64,000 nucleotides of DNA, from positions 7,323-71,322 of the forward strand of contig JACMRA010000002.1 in NCBI GenBank assembly GCA_014376695.1, read 5' to 3'. Below, piece after piece: positions 58,142 through 64,000 of the stretch. The notes below the pieces were generated by a model. The model saw only the letters and a list, made by a program, of their open reading frames with translations. It did not search any database and was not told the DNA's origin. The DNA comes from Minisyncoccota bacterium. GTDB taxonomy: Bacteria > Patescibacteriota > JACMRA01. Position numbers and translations under genes: made by a program. Numbering within the stretch: position 1 is the stretch's first letter; the number at the start of each line of letters is the position of its first letter.

Positions 58142-59908
58142 CTAGAGTAAATTACTATTTTTAATATCAAGAATTTCAGGTATGATAATTTTCTTTAAAT
58201 ATTTATCAACTGATTTTTTAAATTCTGCATTTTTAGTGAACCTTGGAGCGTTTGAGATTATACTAGGCATTTCTTGTACCTTTTTTTTCCAAGCAGGTAA
58301 AAATATTTCGGTTGCACAAACCTTTACAAAGTCTCGGAGGTGATTTTTAATTATAGCCTCTAAAGCATTAAGTCGCTCACTCGGTTCAATCAATGTAATA
58401 ATCCGCGAATTTAAAATGTACAGAAAATAGTACCTAGAGTGTTTAAGTATACTTTCTAAACCTTTATTGGCGCTTTTTTGTTCATTACCACTCAGTAATT
58501 CATATGCTACATTTTCAATAATCTTTTTCTTATCCAATTCTAAGAACATTTGCATTACTAAGTAGTACTCTTTTAGATCGTCTTCCGGTATCTCATCATC
58601 ATCTTTTATATTTAGGATCTCGTCTGGGAATATTGTGGAAAACTTGCTTTGATTATCAAGCTCAATTTTAAACAGTGCGGCTTGACCTTTTTTTGCAATT
58701 TCGGGGAAACCTTTATAAGCTGTATAAGCAAGGATAAAATCTGTAAATTTAACTTTATGCCGAATTGTTAAATTTTGAAATTGTTCGGGTAGCTTTATGC
58801 CTGATTTATATTCTAAATCAATGTAACCATCTCCGCATTGTAGGAAGTATATCCTAATGACGCTCCAAAGTGGTCTATTTGAATAAAACTGCCATAAGTC
58901 TATCTTATTTTGACTATTAGTAAATTTAACAATATTTTCAAGAATATCTGAGTTTTTTTCGATAATTAAAATTTTTGCCAATACTGATACTTTTTCTCGT
59001 TGCATTTTTATAGCGTTTTTAATTGAGTGAATTGTTTGCGCTCCGTTTACTACTTGAGGATTTTCTAGTTTATAAGAGCCTTGATTTTCTGTAACAGAAG
59101 TGCAGACAATTGTAATCCCGTTATTGTAAAACCAGAACAATTCCGGAGTTTCATTAACTGTCATTGTAATATTTTTGTTAATCTTACTATTCCCGAGACC
59201 GAATCTAATATTTTCATCGAAATATTCTTGATCGGATAGCTTGATTACATCAGTACCACTCATAGTCATAATATGAGCTTTATATTTATCATCTTGAGTT
59301 TTATAATCAAATTTTGACATCTTACCTTTATCGACAAAACTGACCATAATCGGCGCTACAGATCCATTTAACTTTCTTAAAATTGATTGCTCACTATAAA
59401 CATTGACATCAATAATTTCACTTCCTTCAATGACGTTATTTAGCTCATCTTGGAAGTCCTTCATTTTAATTTCACCGCAATTAGTTATATATATGTATAT
59501 AATTTTATTACATTCATTAAAATAAGTATATAAATTAGCATCGAGATAGTTTTTTCGGCTTTCAGCCCATTTATTTCTTGATTTTACGGTACTTAATTTT
59601 TCTACGAAATCAATAGAATCTGACTTTTCTTCACTTTGTAGATCTCGTAACTCGCTATTATTTTTATATTTACCCTGATATATTCTAAGGATTTTTTCCT
59701 CATCATTGTAATAGTACGCATCGATACCGCAGTCATTCTTACGGCCACATAATAAATTTTCAATATCTTCTAAATCTTCCTCCGGGATAATGTCATTTTC
59801 AATATTTTTTAAAAACCATTTCACAAATGTATTACCTTGTTCTGTCGTGTTTTTGTTTGTAGAAAAATTTTTATATGCTTTGTCGATGATTTCAATTAGT
59901 TTGCTCAT
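58142..59908 (-). CDS. AIPR (abortive infection phage resistance) family protein
   Basis: 'ENIR..LG...IN..I', 'FWFYNNGITIV', 'QVVNGAQT', 'TNSQN'; N-terminal 'D.GIDA...YQGKY'. Confidence 0.85.
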   Translation of the reverse strand: MSKLIEIIDKAYKNFSTNKNTTEQGNTFVKWFLKNIENDIIPEEDLEDIENLLCGRKNDCGIDAYYYNDEEKILRIYQGKYKNNSELRDLQSEEKSDSIDFVEKLSTVKSRNKWAESRKNYLDANLYTYFNECNKIIYIYITNCGEIKMKDFQDELNNVIEGSEIIDVNVYSEQSILRKLNGSVAPIMVSFVDKGKMSKFDYKTQDDKYKAHIMTMSGTDVIKLSDQEYFDENIRFGLGNSKINKNITMTVNETPELFWFYNNGITIVCTSVTENQGSYKLENPQVVNGAQTIHSIKNAIKMQREKVSVLAKILIIEKNSDILENIVKFTNSQNKIDLWQFYSNRPLWSVIRIYFLQCGDGYIDLEYKSGIKLPEQFQNLTIRHKVKFTDFILAYTAYKGFPEIAKKGQAALFKIELDNQSKFSTIFPDEILNIKDDDEIPEDDLKEYYLVMQMFLELDKKKIIENVAYELLSGNEQKSANKGLESILKHSRYYFLYILNSRIITLIEPSERLNALEAIIKNHLRDFVKVCATEIFLPAWKKKVQEMPSIISNAPRFTKNAEFKKSVDKYLKKIIIPEILDIKNSNLL

Positions 59909-60034
59909 AACTTTGAATTTCAAATTTATTATAGTGAACTATAATTCCAATTAACACTAAAAGTCAAGCTCATAATTCAGACTGTTTGTGTAAAAAAGCT
60001 AGTACCAGTTATAGTAATCCTCCTTTATAATAAC

Positions 60035-60928
60035 CTAATCATTCTTCAGCACATTTAAGAATACATCGTTTGGGATATTGACATTTGCAAATTGCTTCAT
60101 ACGCTTTTTGCCTTCTTTTTGCTTGTCTAGGAGTTTCATGCGGCGTGAGACATCTCCACCATAAAGTTTGGCAGTTACATCTTTTCGAAATGGCTTGACG
60201 GTTTCGCGGGCTATTACTCGGGACCCTATTACCGCTTGGATGGCTACTTCTACTTGTTGGCGAGGGATTAGTTCTTTGAGTTTGGTGCAGATTTTGCGCG
60301 AGAGGGCTTCGGAGTTGGCTTTGTGACTTATGGTACTTAGCGGTTCGATTAGCTTGCCGTTAAGGAGGACATCGACTTTTACGAGATTGGATTTCTTGTA
60401 TTGGCTTACTGAGTAGGACATTGAGGCGTAACCTTTTGTGCCTGATTTGAGCTGGTCATAGAAATCAATAATTACTTCACCTAGTGGGATGCTGGCCACA
60501 ATCTGGATTTGACCTAGCGATAGGCTGTTCATAGCAAGCACTTCACCTCGGGCAGTGTTGATTAGCTCAATCACCTTACCAGTAAAGTCATTTGGTGTGA
60601 TAATACTCATCTCGAGATACGGCTCGTAGATAGCCAGGATATTGCTCGGATCAGGTAAATCGGTCGGAGTCTTAACACTGGTAAAGTTGTTTTTGTCGAT
60701 GTCTTTGACATTGATTTGGCTCTGGGAGATGCCTCCGAGTTCTGGTGCTAATATTTCGACTAAAGTCTCTTGCTCATCGGGCGCGGGGTAGTAGTTATTA
60801 ATTAACTCCTTAATTAGACTGAGCCTAGCCTCGGGTCTGATTGGTTGGGTTAGGATTTCTTTGATTTTTGGGTCGAGGTTACTAAGTTCTAAGAACTCCT
60901 TGAATTGTTTGCGTTGGTCGATGGTCAT
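60035..60928 (-). CDS. lepA: Elongation factor 4 (LepA), C-terminal fragment with a novel ~85-aa N-terminal extension
   Basis: 'EPY', 'DFYDQLKSGTKGYAS', 'IPRQQ', 'RKDVTAKLYGGD..RRMKLLDKQKEGKKRMK'; no GTPase domain. Confidence 0.88.
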   Translation of the reverse strand: MTIDQRKQFKEFLELSNLDPKIKEILTQPIRPEARLSLIKELINNYYPAPDEQETLVEILAPELGGISQSQINVKDIDKNNFTSVKTPTDLPDPSNILAIYEPYLEMSIITPNDFTGKVIELINTARGEVLAMNSLSLGQIQIVASIPLGEVIIDFYDQLKSGTKGYASMSYSVSQYKKSNLVKVDVLLNGKLIEPLSTISHKANSEALSRKICTKLKELIPRQQVEVAIQAVIGSRVIARETVKPFRKDVTAKLYGGDVSRRMKLLDKQKEGKKRMKQFANVNIPNDVFLNVLKND

Positions 60929-61025
60929 AGGTTTTTAGTTGATAAAGTTTAGAATTAAGTGTATATTTTAATTATAAATTCCCGTTAGGGACGACCCTCA
61001 ACAAAATGAGGGGTTAATTTTTACC

Positions 61026-61523
61026 CTAATGAATTGTTATTAGTGTAAGATAACTTTCTTCTTTAGCAACTTTGAGGATATTCTTAACTTCTTCTAGATC
61101 ATTAATAAAAGGGTTTAATAATTCTTGTGTCCAGATATGATCGTATGGATAAATACCACACTGATTTACAAGTTCAAGATTGGGGTAAGTCTGACTCTCT
61201 ACACTTTGGAAATAACTATAAATATCTTGGATGTGGGTGGCATTGAGGATATGGGCAATACCATCATAGTCAAATTTTTTCAAATTAATTCTATTTTCAC
61301 CAAAAAAAAGCTTAGTTTGAACAGGTAAATCAAAGGGATACTTACCATTTTTCAATCGATCTCTATACTTATGATTGACCAAAAAATCTAAAATATCATG
61401 AGATTTGTAAAATGTAAAACTATTGTCTTTACTATAGAATATAGAATCTAAATACTCCAAAGTCATATTTGTGTGATCGACTCCTTGATCTTTTATTAAT
61501 TGAAAAGTTATGCTAATAGACAT
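61026..61523 (-). CDS. YfbM/DUF1877-like protein
   Basis: Size and pattern '..K..DIL.FL...GIYP..IW...L..F...AKE'. Confidence 0.5.
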   Translation of the reverse strand: MSISITFQLIKDQGVDHTNMTLEYLDSIFYSKDNSFTFYKSHDILDFLVNHKYRDRLKNGKYPFDLPVQTKLFFGENRINLKKFDYDGIAHILNATHIQDIYSYFQSVESQTYPNLELVNQCGIYPYDHIWTQELLNPFINDLEEVKNILKVAKEESYLTLITIH

Positions 61524-61534
61524 AAAAATAAATC

Positions 61535-62038
61535 TTAAATTATCCCATCAATAAAACCATATTCCAATGCCTCTTTTGGTCCAAAAGGGTTTTCTCCACT
61601 TGTTAATTCAGTCATAGTCTCATCACTTAATTTTGTTTTATGAAATAAGTACCCATCCCTAAATAATTTATCTCTAGCTTCTTTAGCGATAATTTTGTCT
61701 ATGTGATCAGTTTTTCCTTGTAAGCCAAAACCGCTACTGTGGGTTAAGAAAGTTGTAAATTTAGTTGCATATCTTTTATGCCCAGATTGCAGGACATATA
61801 CTGCCGCAGATGCACATTGTCCAATTACAACTGTATGAATTGGTTTTGGTGAAGATTCGATAAAACTACCAATAAGCCTCCACGTGCCGTTTCCACCATT
61901 GCAATCAATAAGAATCTCTATCAACTTGACTGACTCGTCTAAAATGGCTAACTCAATTTCTTTACAGATTTTAATAGCAAACGGTCCTGTTATAGTTTCG
62001 ATTAACCAGATTTTTTTGGTACTTGGGTTGAAGTTCAT
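61535..62038 (-). CDS. Divergent ClpP-family protease subunit
   Basis: 'IDCNGG', 'GQCASAA', 'KRYA...FLTH', 'EALEYGFID'. Confidence 0.75.
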   Translation of the reverse strand: MNFNPSTKKIWLIETITGPFAIKICKEIELAILDESVKLIEILIDCNGGNGTWRLIGSFIESSPKPIHTVVIGQCASAAVYVLQSGHKRYATKFTTFLTHSSGFGLQGKTDHIDKIIAKEARDKLFRDGYLFHKTKLSDETMTELTSGENPFGPKEALEYGFIDGII

Positions 62039-62168
62039 ATACACATACAATTACACTTTTATAATTTCTGTGCAACCTCGTTTTTTGTTGATTTGACAGA
62101 ACGGTGAAATATATTTTATATTAGGTTAAATAAGAGTATAACAAGCAATTAAATCAATCAGTTTTTCT

Positions 62169-63336
62169 ATGGATTACAAAAAAGAAATTATCACCTCAGC
62201 GCCTAATCAAAATAGGGGGGGATATACAACCAACTCGATTAATATCTATCGCATTATCAGAAATTTTGTGTAGAATTCAGGAATTGAAAACTGATAAACC
62301 TCTACAGCGGGTCCATATGTGGAATAATATCGGCTCAAATATAAAAGACGGATTGCTCGAAACTAAATACGAATTTTTTAAAAAACATGGTTTAGAATTC
62401 CCAAGTTTAAATTTAGAAATGGACGATTCCCTAGAATTTCAAACTTATTTAAGAAAGGTATTAGAATCACTAGTTTCTACGGGCGTGATATATAAAGACA
62501 GCGACACTTATAGTGCTTGTAGCGATTGTGGTCATTGTATCGGTATTTCGAGTAGTAGTAGAATTTCTAAATGTTCCAAATGTCCGAGTGAAAATATAAT
62601 TATGGAGGCCAGAAATGGATTGTTTTTAGACCTACCAACTGATAAAATATCTCTAATAAAAGGTAAGACGCCAGCGTTTAAAAATATCAAGCAATTACAC
62701 ACACGATTTAATCACCTCCCAAACAGGATAAATTTAGAAAAAATTCGACCAACAGGTTTATCTTTAGATTTTCTGGGATTTGATGGGTTTGTCTTGGATC
62801 CAAAGTTTGGAATCAGCTTATTACCTCACTTCGTTGCTCAGAAATATGAAGTTGATAAAATAACCCAAGTACAAGGCTACGAAACAATAACAAACACTGC
62901 TCCTTACACCAATACTATACTCTCAAATATCGATTTTGAATATATTTTGACAGGATTGGCTGATAATAATTGTCAATTTTTGGACGAAGAGGTTAATTTT
63001 GTATTATTTCATTTGCCGGTTTTTTTGATTGGATTTGACTCAGTCGTTTCCGAGTCGCGAATCGATCAGTTAAAAGAGGATTATAAAAAGACTGTCCGAA
63101 AACTATCGGCTGTAATTAACGGACTTGAGTTAAGTTCGGAGTCAGTTGTTCCATTAGACAGAGAACTATTAAATCAAGCGATTGATTATTTTGCTCAATA
63201 TAAGTACAAAGATGGCATTATTGCAATTAAAGAATTTGTCAAACAACTTAACAAAAATCCCGAACTGCAAAAACAGGTCTCAAAGAGCGATATAAATACT
63301 ATAAATCAAACTTTTGGACTGATCTTTAAAATCTAA
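62169..63336 (+). pseudogene. Truncated class I aminoacyl-tRNA-synthetase-like (MetRS-like) gene, frameshifted at a G7 run
   Basis: ATG 62169 joins ORF 62266-63336 if one G is removed at 62215-62221; 'IITSAPNQNRGDIQPTR' sits at the HIGH position; Zn knuckle CxxC...CxxC. Confidence 0.5.
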
Positions 63337-63341
63337 TTAAT

Positions 63342-64000
63342 ATGTTTTTATTCAAACAAACTACAGCAAATTTTAGAAATATAAATATTTTATTCGCTCC
63401 CGGCCTCCCTGGAGAGATGACTCAGAGACCAATCTTTGATGATTTGTCTGCCCTTGGATGTGATATTTACTCGTTCTACTATTCTGGCACTTACGAACAG
63501 GTCGGAATTTTTGACCTAGAACAGGCAAATAAAGATTTGGTAAACGCTATACAAGAAATGGAGGATAAGAAACTGCCTTTTACTATACTTGGATACTCGT
63601 TTTCGACATATTTTTTACAAAAAATCGATTTGGCACAATATTCCAATATTCTGGGACTCTCTATGTTTTCACCAATTATGGGACTCGATCCGAAGTCTAT
63701 TAAGGCTGATTTTTTTGAAGAATTAGAAACTTTGCACAAGGATTCTACGCAACCGTTTAAATGTAATTTGGAATTATTGAAAACTCAAATACCCGCCTCT
63801 GAGCTTAATTTCGACTACTCATTATCTAAGTTTGCACTGTACAATTTCCCTGTAACTTTTGCGTATTCATTAAATGATACATTGATCAATGTCGACACAA
63901 TTAATTACAAATTACAAAATTATCGAATTCAACATACTTATAACAAGTTTTTAGTATGGGATAGCTCTGAGGGGTATCATAGACTCGATACATATTATAA
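63342..64000 (+). CDS. Alpha/beta hydrolase (runs off the window end; not in ORF track)
   Basis: Open frame from ATG 63342; 'FAPGLPG', nucleophile elbow 'GYSFS', 'NDTLI', 'GYH'. Confidence 0.65.
   Translation, partial: MFLFKQTTANFRNINILFAPGLPGEMTQRPIFDDLSALGCDIYSFYYSGTYEQVGIFDLEQANKDLVNAIQEMEDKKLPFTILGYSFSTYFLQKIDLAQYSNILGLSMFSPIMGLDPKSIKADFFEELETLHKDSTQPFKCNLELLKTQIPASELNFDYSLSKFALYNFPVTFAYSLNDTLINVDTINYKLQNYRIQHTYNKFLVWDSSEGYHRLDTYY

Noticed and set aside
14890..60928. Split inteins or trans-splicing introns as the explanation for the half genes
   Set aside because: The N-half tails have no Cys/Ser-initiated intein block A, the C-half leaders lack a His-Asn/nucleophile junction, and I saw no group I/II intron motifs or shared sequence at the breakpoints (by eye only)
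875..63739. Many short antisense or overlapping ORFs in the track (e.g. 875-1315, 14057-14488, 31018-31554, 37161-37349, 50582-50791, 63491-63739)
   Set aside because: Shadow frames of well-supported genes or regulatory elements, with no recognisable motifs
1..64000. Genome-wide genetic code 25 or 4 (UGA sense)
   Set aside because: Long conserved genes translate fully under code 11 with no internal TGA; only one accessory gene has an in-frame TGA
1..64000. CRISPR array, rRNA, IS element or integrase
   Set aside because: No regularly spaced repeats, rRNA-like tracts, or transposase/integrase motifs seen

Overview
Low-GC (roughly mid-30s %, by eye), gene-dense bacterial chromosome segment. 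It uses the standard genetic code, has AT-rich leaders mostly without Shine-Dalgarno sites, and carries divergent housekeeping genes, which fits a reduced Patescibacteria/CPR-like genome (inference). It has about 60 CDSs (ribosomal proteins, rpoD, greA, prfA, ftsH, dnaX, recF, trxB, ndk, parB, ftsX, a class B PBP, surface proteins) and one tRNA-Leu(TAG). The most striking feature is that six normally single-chain conserved enzymes appear only as clean, stand-alone N- or C-terminal halves, with no intein and no partner half in the window: TopA-N, UvrA-N, UvrD/PcrA-C, LigA-C, AlaRS-C and LepA-C. This points to genome-wide gene fission, alongside broken conserved operons and odd fusions (RpoD-TsaE, bL21-HhH). 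Other notable items: a catalytically dead ribonucleotide-reductase derivative; an A9/A-AAA-AAG slippage site in dnaX; a Trp-Trp leader-peptide attenuator upstream of a TGA-interrupted isonitrile-synthase-like gene next to the tRNA; strong avoidance of TGA stops; and a low-GC accessory block (HEPN-MNT, AIPR, YfbM, ClpP-like, a G7-frameshifted class I aaRS paralog, an alpha/beta hydrolase). All calls are from motif recognition by eye; no searches were run.
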